This document shows, piece by piece, positions 38,047-47,633 of a stretch of DNA of 64,000 bases. The stretch lies in NCBI GenBank assembly GCA_963781885.1, contig CAWAHW010000002.1, positions 448,001-512,000 of the forward strand, written 5' to 3'. Position 1 is the stretch's first letter. Each line of letters opens with the position of its first letter. A model generated the notes under the pieces. That model was not told where the DNA came from. It made no database searches and saw only the letters and a list, made by a program, of their open reading frames with translations. A program made the translations under genes and the position numbers. This DNA is from an uncultured Spirochaetota bacterium (GTDB lineage Bacteria; Spirochaetota; Spirochaetia; SZUA-6; Fen-1364).

Positions 38047-39464
38047 AACGAACCAGGATCGTCGTCATCGGAGCGGGGAGCGCTTCCTTCGGGCTGGCCA
38101 ATCTGGGAGCCATCCTTCGCACACCGGAGCTCTCCGGAAGCGAGCTGTGCCTTGTCGACGTGAACGAGGCAGGTCTCGCCTTGATCACGCTCCTTGCGCA
38201 GCGCATCAACCGCGAGTGGGGTGTCGGGTTCTCCCTGCGGAGCTCCACCGACAGGACCGCGGTGCTGAAGGACGCCGACTTCGTCGTGCTGTCCGTCGCG
38301 ATCGATCGCGAGACGTGCTGGGAGATGGACTACGAGATCGCGCGGAAGCACGCCATCATGCACTATGCGGAGAACGGGGGTCCCGGCGGGCTCATGCACG
38401 CGGCGCGCAACATCGCGCTGATCATGCCCATCCTGCGGGACATCGAGAGACTCTGCCCGGATGCTTTGGTCTTGAACTTCACCAACCCCGTGCCGCGCAT
38501 CTGCTCTGCAGCCGCTCGATTCACGCGGGTCAGGATGGTGGGGATCTGCCACCAGATCTTCTTCGGCTACTTCATCGTGGCCAGGGTTCTTGCGCGGGAG
38601 CTGGGCATCGACGTTCCTGACGACGTGAAATTCCGCTGGTGGGACGAGCGCAACGATCCTTACTACCAGCTTCTCCAAAAGGAAGGAGAGGAGAAGCTCG
38701 ACCTGCTGGCGGCGGGAATCAACCATTTCACGTGGATGCTCGCCATCCGTGAGAAGGGCACGGGCCGCGACCTGTATCCACTGTTCCACGAACGCTACCT
38801 GTCGGGGAACGCGGACTTCGAGCCCCTGACGCGCGAGATGTTCCGCGTCTTCGGCACCTGCCCGGTGCCCGGGGACTGTCACATGGTGGAGTACCTGCCG
38901 TACACCCATACGGCGAGCCGGGGCACGTGGGAGGCGTACGACATCCAGATGTATCCCCTGCGCACCGCGGAAAAGGCGCGCGAATCGATGTGGCGCGACA
39001 TCGAGGCGATGGCGAAAGGGGAGAGCCCGATCGATCACCTCAGGAGCGCGCAGACGGAGCGCGCCGAGATCCTCATCGCATCGACGCTCAAGAACGCGCA
39101 CTCCTACGAGCTGGCAGTGAACGTTCCGAACAAGGGATACATCCAGAACCTCCCGCAGGGCGCCATTGTCGAGGTGCCGGCGGAAGTCGACGCCAGCGGC
39201 GTCCACGGCATCGGCGTCGGTGACCTGCCCGCGCCCGCCGCGGAGATGTGCCGGCGTCAAATCGCGGTTGCCGAGATGGCGGTGGAAGCCGCGGTTCGCG
39301 GAGACCGCGAGCTTGCCCTCCGGGCCCTCGCCCTGGACCCCATGATCGATGACCTGCGCGTGGCCAGAAAGCTGCTGGACGACTACCTTGCCGCGGAGAA
39401 AGCGTATCTTCCACAGTTCTTCGGCGGCGCCTCCTGGATGTCGCAGAGCGCAGCCGCGCCATAA
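38043..39464 (+). CDS. Family 4 glycoside hydrolase (NAD+/metal-dependent; alpha-galactosidase/glucosidase-like)
   Basis: IGAGSASF, ENGGPGG, NFTNP, GICH, AGINH, VEVPA. Confidence 0.92.
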   Translation: MKRTRIVVIGAGSASFGLANLGAILRTPELSGSELCLVDVNEAGLALITLLAQRINREWGVGFSLRSSTDRTAVLKDADFVVLSVAIDRETCWEMDYEIARKHAIMHYAENGGPGGLMHAARNIALIMPILRDIERLCPDALVLNFTNPVPRICSAAARFTRVRMVGICHQIFFGYFIVARVLARELGIDVPDDVKFRWWDERNDPYYQLLQKEGEEKLDLLAAGINHFTWMLAIREKGTGRDLYPLFHERYLSGNADFEPLTREMFRVFGTCPVPGDCHMVEYLPYTHTASRGTWEAYDIQMYPLRTAEKARESMWRDIEAMAKGESPIDHLRSAQTERAEILIASTLKNAHSYELAVNVPNKGYIQNLPQGAIVEVPAEVDASGVHGIGVGDLPAPAAEMCRRQIAVAEMAVEAAVRGDRELALRALALDPMIDDLRVARKLLDDYLAAEKAYLPQFFGGASWMSQSAAAP

Positions 39465-39479
39465 AGACACCCGGGGACC

Positions 39480-39501
39480 GCTCCCGCATACGGGAGCTTT
39501 T
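39480..39501 (+). terminator. Hairpin with short U-tract after the GH4 gene
   Basis: GCTCCCG-CATA-CGGGAGC-TTTT. Confidence 0.5.
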
Positions 39502-39593
39502 CGTCGAACACGAGCAAGCGGCTTGAAGCCCCCGCAGCCGTCCCGTATGGGCTCGGAGGGGGATCAGGCATCAAGATTCGAAGGAGGGCAAGT

Positions 39594-40571
39594 ATGAAAC
39601 GTCTCTTGTGCTCGATGGCGGCGGTGGCGCTCGTCGTGATCCTCGCGCCCACCCTGTTCGCGGCCGGGCAGGCTCGTGCTGTACACGGGAAACGGCACCG
39701 AGATCACGGACCCGCTCCTTGCGGGCTTCAAGAGCCACTATCCCGACATCCAGGTCGAGATCGTCAAGGCAGGCTCGGGCGAGCTCCTTGCCCGCATCAA
39801 GGCGGAGAAGGGCAATCCCGGCGGCGACATCCTGTGGGGCGGGGAACCCCTGATCTTCGACACGAACGCGGATCTCTTCCAGGGCTACCGCTCGTCCGCG
39901 GACGCTGCAATGATCCGGCAGGACCCGAACAATCGCTGGCACCTGTGGTCATTCATGCCCCAGGCAATCCTCATCAACACGAACCTGATGAAGAACCCCG
40001 CCGAGTGGCCGAAATCCATCAAGGAGCTTGCGGACCCCAAGTGGAAGAAGTACGGCAAGATCGCCCTTGCCGACCCCAACAAGTCGGGAACCGGCGCGAC
40101 GCTCGTGAACGGTTTCGCGTCGCTGTACGATTGGGACTTCGTCCAGAACCTCCTTGCCAATTGTGAGATCTCCCCGGGTCCGACGCGATGTTCGCCGCGG
40201 TCAAGGACGGGGCGAACCCCATCGGCTTCATGAACGAGGACCTCGGCGCCAAGTGGGAAAGCATGGGTCTCCCGGTGAAGATGATCTTCCCCGCCGATGG
40301 CATCACCAACACCCTTGATGCCCTTGCCATCATCGCGGGGGCCAAAAACCTGGACAACGCAAAGCTCTTTATCGATTACATCGGGTCCAAGGAGGCGCAC
40401 CAGATCCTGCGGGATCCCATCCTGCGCCGTTCCTGCCGCACCGACATGACCCCGCCGCCCGGCCTGATCGATCTCGGCAAGTACAAGCTCGTGCAGATGC
40501 AGCCTCGCACGCGCGACGATATCTCGGCCAATTTCAACGCCCGGCTCGAAAAGGCCCGAGGCGGGACATAA
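39594..40571 (+). CDS. Fe3+/AfuA-type ABC transporter substrate-binding protein, two frameshifts (near 39670 and 40180)
   Basis: Signal peptide; GSGEL.ARI.AEK.NP.GD..WGG, ADP.KSGT, FP.DG, AKN..NAK.FIDY. Confidence 0.82.
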
Positions 40572-40668
40572 TCGGATTCGCACCTCTCCATCGGATGTGA
40601 TGCACCTCGTGCCGGCCGCCCGCCGGCACGGAGGTGCTCCGCCGCGCGGGGAGCTGCCGGAGGATGGA

Positions 40669-42345
40669 ATGTCAGGACAGAGGTTGTTGTCGCGGCTGCG
40701 CGATCCTTGGATATTCTTCTCGCTCCTCTGCATCGTCATCGCGATCGTCCTGATCGTGCTCCCGCTCCTGCGGATCGCCTTCTCCTCCTTCAGCGGCGCG
40801 AGCGGCGCCGGCATCAACAACTACGTTCTTTTCTTCACCAAGAAGCGGTATCTCGTCGCTCTGTTCAACAGTCTGAAGGTCGTGTTCTTCTCCACGGTCT
40901 TCGCCACTCTCTTCGCCCTGCCCCTTGCGTTTTTCCTCTCCCGCTACGACGTGCGCGGCAAGAACGTCATCCTCACGCTCATCACCATGGCCACCGCCGC
41001 GCCTCCCTTCCTCGGCGCCTATGCCTGGGTGCTCCTGCTCGGACGGTACGGGGCCTTGAACAGGCTCATTTTTCTCGTCCTCGGGAAGGACATCGTGCTC
41101 ACGCTGCGGGGACAGAACGGCGTGATCTGGGTGATCACCTGGCTCGTCCTCCCCCTCATCTTCCTGCTCACCTACGATTCGTTCACCGGTCAGGACCCCT
41201 CGCATCGCGAGGCGTCGATGAGCCTCGGCGGGAATCGGCTGGCTACCTTCTTCCGCATCGAGCTTCCCCTTGCCGCGCCGGGGCTCATTACCGGGCTCCT
41301 GATGGCCGCGCTTGCCGGTTTCTCCGACTTCGGAACCCCGTCCATCATCGGTGGGGAGTTCCCCGTGCTTCCGACCCTTGTCTACGGGGAGTTCGTGAGC
41401 GAAATGGGCGGCAACCTGTCGATGGCGTCCACGAGCGGCGTCGTGATGATCGTGCTCTCGACCGTCGCCCTCGTCGGCCAACGGATCACGCTGGCCAGCA
41501 GGTCCTACGCGTCGGTGCAGACCCGTTTCATCCGCCTGCCGCGCCCGCGCGGCGGCGCGCGCATCATCACGACGCTCCTTGCGACCATCGTGCTCGTCCT
41601 GTCCTTCCTGCCTCACGTGACGCTTCTCATCATCTCCTTCATGAAATGGAAGTGGGGCGTCCTGCTGCCCGCCTTCACGTGGGCCAACTACTCGAGCCTT
41701 GTCCGAAACAGCCTCTCTCCCATCTGGATGAGCTTCTTCCTCGGCGGGACCGCGACCGCCCTTGACGTCGTTTTCGGAATCGGCATTGCCTATCTCATCG
41801 CGAAGAAGCACTTCCGGTTCTCCTCGGCCTTCCTGAACTTCATCATCATGATCCCCTATGTCATCCCCGGAATCGTGCTCGGGGTGGGCTTCATCATCCA
41901 GTTCAACCGGCCGCCGATCCTCATCACCGGCACGTGGCTCATCCTCGTCCTTGCCTATTTCATCCGCAAGCTTCCCTTCTCGGTGAAGAGCGCCGAGGCA
42001 TCCCTCTACCAGATCCATCCCGCTCTGGAGGAGGCCGCCATGATGTGCGGGGCGCGGCCGCTGCGCGCTTTCGCCGACATCACCTTCCGTCTCATGATCG
42101 GTGGGGTGATCTCGGGAGCCACCCTCTCCTTTCTCCAGATCATGACGGAGCTCAGCTCGACGATCATCCTCTATCGCGTGCCGTGGATCACGATGCCCAT
42201 CGTCATCTTCCAGAACGCCCTGACCGCGGGCGGCGATTTCGGGATCTCCGCCGCGATGGGCGTGGTTCTCATGATCTGCATCTACGTCCCGTTGACCCTG
42301 GTGAACAGGAAGACCCGCGGGTTCGCCTACGGAGGGGGGTTCTAG
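40669..42345 (+). CDS. Fe3+/AfuB-type ABC transporter permease (two TM halves)
   Basis: PPFLGAYAW, DFGTP, two EAA loops (HREAS, LEEAA). Confidence 0.92.
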   Translation: MSGQRLLSRLRDPWIFFSLLCIVIAIVLIVLPLLRIAFSSFSGASGAGINNYVLFFTKKRYLVALFNSLKVVFFSTVFATLFALPLAFFLSRYDVRGKNVILTLITMATAAPPFLGAYAWVLLLGRYGALNRLIFLVLGKDIVLTLRGQNGVIWVITWLVLPLIFLLTYDSFTGQDPSHREASMSLGGNRLATFFRIELPLAAPGLITGLLMAALAGFSDFGTPSIIGGEFPVLPTLVYGEFVSEMGGNLSMASTSGVVMIVLSTVALVGQRITLASRSYASVQTRFIRLPRPRGGARIITTLLATIVLVLSFLPHVTLLIISFMKWKWGVLLPAFTWANYSSLVRNSLSPIWMSFFLGGTATALDVVFGIGIAYLIAKKHFRFSSAFLNFIIMIPYVIPGIVLGVGFIIQFNRPPILITGTWLILVLAYFIRKLPFSVKSAEASLYQIHPALEEAAMMCGARPLRAFADITFRLMIGGVISGATLSFLQIMTELSSTIILYRVPWITMPIVIFQNALTAGGDFGISAAMGVVLMICIYVPLTLVNRKTRGFAYGGGF

Positions 42346-42346
42346 A

Positions 42347-43417
42347 ATGGATATCGTCGAGGAGTGGATCGGCACACAGCGGCAGTCGTCCACGCGGATC
42401 CGCATCCAGCAGCTTCGAAAGAGCTTCGGCAGCGTCGAGGTCCTGAAGGCGATCGACATCGAGATCGACCGGGGGGAGTTCTTCACTCTGTTGGGCGCAT
42501 CGGGCTGCGGCAAGACGACGCTCCTGCGGTGCATGGCGGGTTTCGAGGAGCCGAACGCGGGAAGGATCTTCTTCGGCGAATCGGATATCACCACGCTCAA
42601 GCCATGGCAGCGTCACGTCGGGTTCGTCTTCCAGAACTACGCGCTGTGGCCGCATTTGAGCGTCTTCGACAATATCGCCTACGGCCTGAAAATGCGGAAA
42701 GTGCCGCACGGGGAGACGACCCAACGGGTCGCCGCGGTGCTGGAGACGGTGAATCTCCCCGGCATCGAAAAGCGCTTCCCGGGGCAGCTCTCGGGCGGCC
42801 AGCAGCAGCGGGTGGCCATTGCGCGGGCTCTGGTCTTCAATCCGCGCGTCCTCCTCCTCGACGAGCCGCTTTCGAACCTCGACGCGAAGCTTCGCGAAAG
42901 GATGCGCCATGAAATCCGCGACCTGCAGAAAAGGCTCGGAATCACGAGCGTTTACGTGACCCACGATCAGGAGGAGGCCCTGGAGATATCGGATCGGATC
43001 GCGGTGATGGAGGAGGGCAGGATCCGGCAGACGGGCAGCCCCGTGGAGGTGTACGACCAACCGGCGGATCGTTTCACCGCCGGCTTCGTCGGGAAGAGCA
43101 ACTTCGTGGAGGGAACCGTCACGCGCGGTCGGTTCGTCACCGCGTCGGGGATCGCCCTCCCCGTGCCTTCCGCCGAAAAGGAGGGCGATGTCATTCTTTG
43201 CTTCCGTCCCGAGAACGTCATCATCGTCGCCGAAGGCGACACGGGATTTCCGCTCGAGGTGGCCGGCTCGACGTATCTCGGCAACGCCGTTCAGCTCTCC
43301 GCCAGCCTCGCCGACGGCACCCTCTTCACAATCGACGCAAAGGAGCGCATTCCCCGAGGGACGCGGATTTCAGTGCGGATCGAGAAATGCCGGTTCTTTC
43401 CGAGGAGACCGCAGTGA
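42347..43417 (+). CDS. ABC transporter ATP-binding protein (PotA/FbpC type)
   Basis: GASGCGKTT, LSGGQQQR, DEPLSNLDAKLR, TOBE-like C-terminus. Confidence 0.94.
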   Translation: MDIVEEWIGTQRQSSTRIRIQQLRKSFGSVEVLKAIDIEIDRGEFFTLLGASGCGKTTLLRCMAGFEEPNAGRIFFGESDITTLKPWQRHVGFVFQNYALWPHLSVFDNIAYGLKMRKVPHGETTQRVAAVLETVNLPGIEKRFPGQLSGGQQQRVAIARALVFNPRVLLLDEPLSNLDAKLRERMRHEIRDLQKRLGITSVYVTHDQEEALEISDRIAVMEEGRIRQTGSPVEVYDQPADRFTAGFVGKSNFVEGTVTRGRFVTASGIALPVPSAEKEGDVILCFRPENVIIVAEGDTGFPLEVAGSTYLGNAVQLSASLADGTLFTIDAKERIPRGTRISVRIEKCRFFPRRPQ

Positions 43418-44370
43418 TCGAGGATCGGATCGGCATCAGCATGAACGCCGACATGATCGATGGCTCCCTGGAGCGCTTCGATGAGCACCTGGGACATATC
43501 GCGGGCTCCGGCGCACGCTGCGCAGAGCTCATCCTGCACGGGCTGGATGTCGTCGTCAACGGCAGCCTGGACCTCGTCCAGCTCGGGAAGATCCGGCGGA
43601 TCGCCGCGCGATATCCCCTGCGCTTCTCGTTGCATCTGCCGTACCTGCTGAACCTTCTCGACCACGAAAGGAAAGGGGAGTTCGCGGAGGTATTTCGCGC
43701 CGGCCTCAGGTTCGCCTCGGAGCTGGAGATTCCGATTGTCGTCTACCATGCAAGCTCGGCCGATCTTTCCCGCGCGGGGCCGGAGGGTTCCTCCTCCGGC
43801 CGGCGGAGGAGGAAGGATCGCAAGGAGATCTGGCGTGCGCTTCTCCTTGAGGACGCGGAGACTCTGTCTCGAATGGCCGATGAAGCCGCAACGCTCGGGG
43901 TGTCGATCGGCGTGGAGAATCCCGTTCGCTATGACATCGCTCGCGTGTACAGCTATGGCGTTTTTCCCGACGAGCTTGCCGCGCACGTTGCCCGGATCGG
44001 CCGGAAGAATCTCGGCATCACCCTCGACTTCGGCCATCTCTACCTTTCGTCGGTGCGATTCAATTTCGACTACCTCGATGCCGTTCGAGTATTGGCCTCG
44101 CATGCAATTCACACGCACATTCACGACAACTTCGGGAAACCTGACGCGGGGGAGCCCTATATCCAGCGCCTCCCGTACGGGAGGGGGGATCTTCACCTGC
44201 CTCCGGGAGCCGGAATCGCCCCGCTGGAGCCGGCGTTGACCGCTCTTGCCAGGACGGGGTATGACGGCCTTCTCATGCTCGAAATCGAATTCCGCCTGTT
44301 TCCTTGCTTCGCCGATCACGTAGCCGCCGCAAGGAAGTTGTTTGACGCAGCGGGGCTGAGCGCACGATAG
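43414..44370 (+). CDS. Sugar phosphate isomerase/epimerase (AP endonuclease 2 TIM barrel) family protein
   Basis: SLH.P, YH, GVEN, TLDFGH, H.HIHDN.G, GDLHLP.G.G, LEI. Confidence 0.8.
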   Translation: MIEDRIGISMNADMIDGSLERFDEHLGHIAGSGARCAELILHGLDVVVNGSLDLVQLGKIRRIAARYPLRFSLHLPYLLNLLDHERKGEFAEVFRAGLRFASELEIPIVVYHASSADLSRAGPEGSSSGRRRRKDRKEIWRALLLEDAETLSRMADEAATLGVSIGVENPVRYDIARVYSYGVFPDELAAHVARIGRKNLGITLDFGHLYLSSVRFNFDYLDAVRVLASHAIHTHIHDNFGKPDAGEPYIQRLPYGRGDLHLPPGAGIAPLEPALTALARTGYDGLLMLEIEFRLFPCFADHVAAARKLFDAAGLSAR

Positions 44371-44617
44371 GCTTCGATGAAGCCAAAGGCGGAAATCTCG
44401 CGCCACCGGAGAAGCACACGCACATCGTCCCGTCTCAGCGATCTGGCGTTTGCCCAGAGAAAGGTCCCCTGGAACGCCTGTGCTTGCCGTAGCCCGGAGC
44501 GTTTACCGCGCATGGGGATCGTTGTCGATGTAGATGACTCCTGCCATGGTCCTTTACGATGGCGGGCAGTTTCAGGTACTTTCAACGCTGCGCAACAAAT
44601 GACGAGTTGACGGAGGT

Positions 44618-45841
44618 GTGGCTGTGGCCGATTCCCACGTGAAACTGTATCCCTACCGTTGGATCGTACTCGCAACGTTCATGCTGATCAACGTGATGGT
44701 GCAGGTCCTGTGGATCTGCTATGCGCCGGTCGCATCCCTTGCTGCAATCTCCTATGGCGTGCAGAGAGCCGATGTCGACCTGCTCGCCAACCTGTTCCTG
44801 CTCATCTATCTGCCGGTTGCCTTTCCCGCGGCATGGGCCATTGATACGTTCGGGTTCAAAAAGGCTGTCGGCTTCGGCGCAATCCTCATGGCTGTGTTCG
44901 GACTGCTTCGGGCGGTTTTTCCTTTCAGCTACGCCGCTGCCCTCACCGGGACGATCGGGATCTCCATCGGGCAGCCGTTCCTCCTCACCGCTTTTACGAA
45001 GCTTGCCGCCGAATGGTTCCCGCAGAAACAGCGCGCCACCATCACCGGCGTGATATTTCTCTCGCTGTTTCTCGGCATCGGGTTGGGTGAATCAATCAGC
45101 CCCTCTTTGGTGGCCGCCCGAGGATTCAACGGAATGCAGCTTGTCTACGGAATCGCCGCTGCCGCGGCGACTGTCCTGTTTCTCATCTTCGCGCGGGCCA
45201 AGCCTCCCACGCCGGCGAGCCCACCCGGAGAAGACGTACGGGCTCTCATGTTCGATGGCTTGAAACAGATCCTGAGGAATCGCGACGTCTATGTGCTCTC
45301 CCTCGCGCTCGTTTTCGGCAGCGGGATCGTGAATGCGATATTCACGCTGATCGACGGATTTGGAAAGGAAAAATCCCTGACGGTCGACCAGGGCGTCGTC
45401 CTCACCTCGCTCCTGCTGCTCGGGGGGATCCTCGGGAGTATCGTGATACCCGCGGTCTCTGACGGAATCAGGCGCCGCAAGCCCGTGCTGCTCGCGGGCC
45501 TTTTTCTCGGTGTGGTCGCCACCCTGGTGCTCGCGCTCGTCAGGAGCTTCGTCCTTGAGACGATCGTCTTTTTTGTCCTGGGATTCTGCGTGACCGGCAT
45601 CACGCCTGTCGCCTATCAGTACGGCGCGGAGATCACCCACCCGGCACCCGAGGGAACGAGCAATGGAGTCTTTGCGCTGATGGTCCAGGCATCGGGCCTG
45701 CTCATCGTGCTCATGGACGCGCTGCGCGGCACATTCAACAACTCGTACATCCCGTCATTTATCGGTCTCGCGATCCTGCTGGCGGCGAGCGGTATCCTGA
45801 TGTTCACGTTGAAGGAATCGCCGATCGTACGCAGGCAGTAA
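44618..45841 (+). CDS. MFS transporter (FLVCR-like)
   Basis: Y.YRW, GQPF, WFP..QRA, YGAEITHPAPEG; about 12 TM helices. Confidence 0.88.
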   Translation: MAVADSHVKLYPYRWIVLATFMLINVMVQVLWICYAPVASLAAISYGVQRADVDLLANLFLLIYLPVAFPAAWAIDTFGFKKAVGFGAILMAVFGLLRAVFPFSYAAALTGTIGISIGQPFLLTAFTKLAAEWFPQKQRATITGVIFLSLFLGIGLGESISPSLVAARGFNGMQLVYGIAAAAATVLFLIFARAKPPTPASPPGEDVRALMFDGLKQILRNRDVYVLSLALVFGSGIVNAIFTLIDGFGKEKSLTVDQGVVLTSLLLLGGILGSIVIPAVSDGIRRRKPVLLAGLFLGVVATLVLALVRSFVLETIVFFVLGFCVTGITPVAYQYGAEITHPAPEGTSNGVFALMVQASGLLIVLMDALRGTFNNSYIPSFIGLAILLAASGILMFTLKESPIVRRQ

Positions 45842-45898
45842 AGCGAATGTCACGGAGGAGGGCGTCCGTCCTAAACGGCACCGGCACACCCGCAGCAG

Positions 45899-46441
45899 TC
45901 AAAACCTCCAACCGGCGGTCATGCCAAGCGTCACTCCCGTGTTCGTGCGGGAAGAGACAAGAGCCATGAATCCGAGGGAGGGCTCGAAAAAGAATCCCGT
46001 GTCACCGAAAACGACCCGGTAGCCTGCCCGGACGGCAGGTCCGAGCGCAAGGACGGACATCGCCGAGTCTCCCTGCGCGTATTCCCACGCGGCAACGGCT
46101 CCCGCCGCGACGAAGGGACCCCACTGCACGGGCCGCGCCGCGTCAACCACGAACAGCGACGTGAGATAGAAACGTGCGAGCGCCTCGGCATTGATCTGCA
46201 GGATCGACGTGTCCGTGCCCGTTGCCGCATAGAACGAAGGCTCCAGGTTGATGGCCCACCCGCGAGACAGCGGCAGCTCCACGGAGAGAGATACGGCGAG
46301 AGCGCCCACGAATGCACCGGCCGCTGTTGCGCCGATATCGGCGCCGACAGCCGTCCGCTCTGATGAAACGGGCGCAGCGCCTGCCGACAGTCCCGCCACC
46401 AGCACCATGGCGAGCCCGAGAAGAATTGCCTTCCGCGTCAT
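45899..46441 (-). CDS. Small outer-membrane beta-barrel-like protein
   Basis: Signal peptide, amphipathic strands, terminal GWRF; overlaps upstream stop. Confidence 0.65.
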   Translation of the reverse strand: MTRKAILLGLAMVLVAGLSAGAAPVSSERTAVGADIGATAAGAFVGALAVSLSVELPLSRGWAINLEPSFYAATGTDTSILQINAEALARFYLTSLFVVDAARPVQWGPFVAAGAVAAWEYAQGDSAMSVLALGPAVRAGYRVVFGDTGFFFEPSLGFMALVSSRTNTGVTLGMTAGWRF

Positions 46442-46896
46442 TGCGTCACCGCCTTTTCAACGGCCTTCTGGAACGCCCTGCTCGAGTAGGTCGCACCGCT
46501 CACATCGTCCACGGGAATTGCTTTTGCCGCCTCGATCCTGCCGATCATGGCGTCGAGATTTGCGTTCAGCTCGTCCGTCGCGGACGCACCGACGGCAGAG
46601 AGAGATGTCGGCTCGTTCTTTGTCACCGTGACGACCTGAGCACCAGTGATCGTGACCGTGACGTTGAAATGGCGGTTCTTCGCGTACATGCCCGGCGGCA
46701 GCGCGAGGGTATAGTCCCCCGTGTAGGTGCCAGGGGCCACTGCCGCAAGATTCACGCTTCTCACGCTCAGATTGTCCAGGTACGCTTGCGGGCTGACGGC
46801 GCTCAGGACGCTGCACGCCGTCATCGACAGACAGAGTGCGACCGGGGCCAGCACGGACGATGTCCGTTTTGCAAGGCTGCATTTCGTTGGATTCAT
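46438..46896 (-). CDS. FMN-binding (flavinylated) lipoprotein
   Basis: Lipobox LSMTAC; VDDVSGATYSS flavinylation motif. Confidence 0.85.
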   Translation of the reverse strand: MNPTKCSLAKRTSSVLAPVALCLSMTACSVLSAVSPQAYLDNLSVRSVNLAAVAPGTYTGDYTLALPPGMYAKNRHFNVTVTITGAQVVTVTKNEPTSLSAVGASATDELNANLDAMIGRIEAAKAIPVDDVSGATYSSRAFQKAVEKAVTQ

Positions 46897-47045
46897 CTTC
46901 TGTTGTCCTCTCCAGAGGGCGCACGATCGAATAATCTAGCGAGCAGGAACCACAGGACCAGAACCAGCATCCCCCAACCGAGGGCTTGCAGAATCATGGC
47001 GGGCAAGAACACGGACGGCAGAAAGATCATGAGAGTCCACCTCAT
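46893..47045 (-). CDS. Unannotated 50-aa hydrophobic membrane peptide
   Basis: MRWTLMIFLPSVFLPAMILQALGWGMLVLVLWFLLARLFDRAPSGEDNRR; AGGAG RBS; TGA overlaps next ATG (ATGA). Confidence 0.65.
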   Translation of the reverse strand: MRWTLMIFLPSVFLPAMILQALGWGMLVLVLWFLLARLFDRAPSGEDNRR

Positions 47046-47193
47046 CGCGCGGCTCCTGTCAGGTCTTCAGCCTATGACAGCGGGTTTGCCATGCTCTTAA
47101 GAGGAGATTGCAGAATCATTAATTCGACGCTTTGAGCGCATGGGCGCCGATTCGGACGTCGGCACATCGGCATGAATGGGCTCGTATGGATTT

Positions 47194-47278
47194 TGCTGCG
47201 GACTGGACTTGAACCAGCACACCCTTTCGGGCACTAGCCCCTCAAGCTAGCGTGTCTACCAAATTTCACCACCGCAGC
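47194..47278 (-). tRNA. tRNA-Leu (anticodon GAG), CCA not encoded
   Basis: GCTGCGG/CCGCAGC acceptor stem, D-loop TGGTAGAC, CTAGC-TTGAGGG-GCTAG anticodon arm, long variable arm, GGTTCAAGTCC T-arm. Confidence 0.96.
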
Positions 47279-47290
47279 GGGTAGAATCGG

Positions 47291-47320
47291 ACTATAGCAA
47301 TTCGGCTTCATTCATGTCAA
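47291..47320 (-). promoter_or_regulatory. Promoter of tRNA-Leu
   Basis: TTGACA-18nt-TATAGT. Confidence 0.65.
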
Positions 47321-47633
47321 TGGCCGCGAGCTGCCGCCCTGCGGTCGCGCGAGTTTTCCGCACGTTTTCTTCCATAAAATCCGGGCAGACTTGTCAACCT
47401 GCGCCAGGCCCGATAGATTAGCGGGATGATCCGTGCCCAGTACGATCCCGCGCGCCCCGAGCTTCTGCCGCCCACGTTCGGCGGCCACGCCACGGTGAAG
47501 CGGGGCGGCCGCGGCGAAGTGTTTGTCCATGGCAGTTGCGGCGATGGCAGCGAAAGCGCGACGGAAGAGTCACCCGGAGCGCGCCGGGGCGACTGAGTCG
47601 ACGTTCGGCGCGCCAACAGAAAGAGGATCCACC

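Noticed and set aside
47194-47278. Genomic island integrated at tRNA-Leu
   Set aside because: No integrase and no duplicated tRNA 3' end seen in the window
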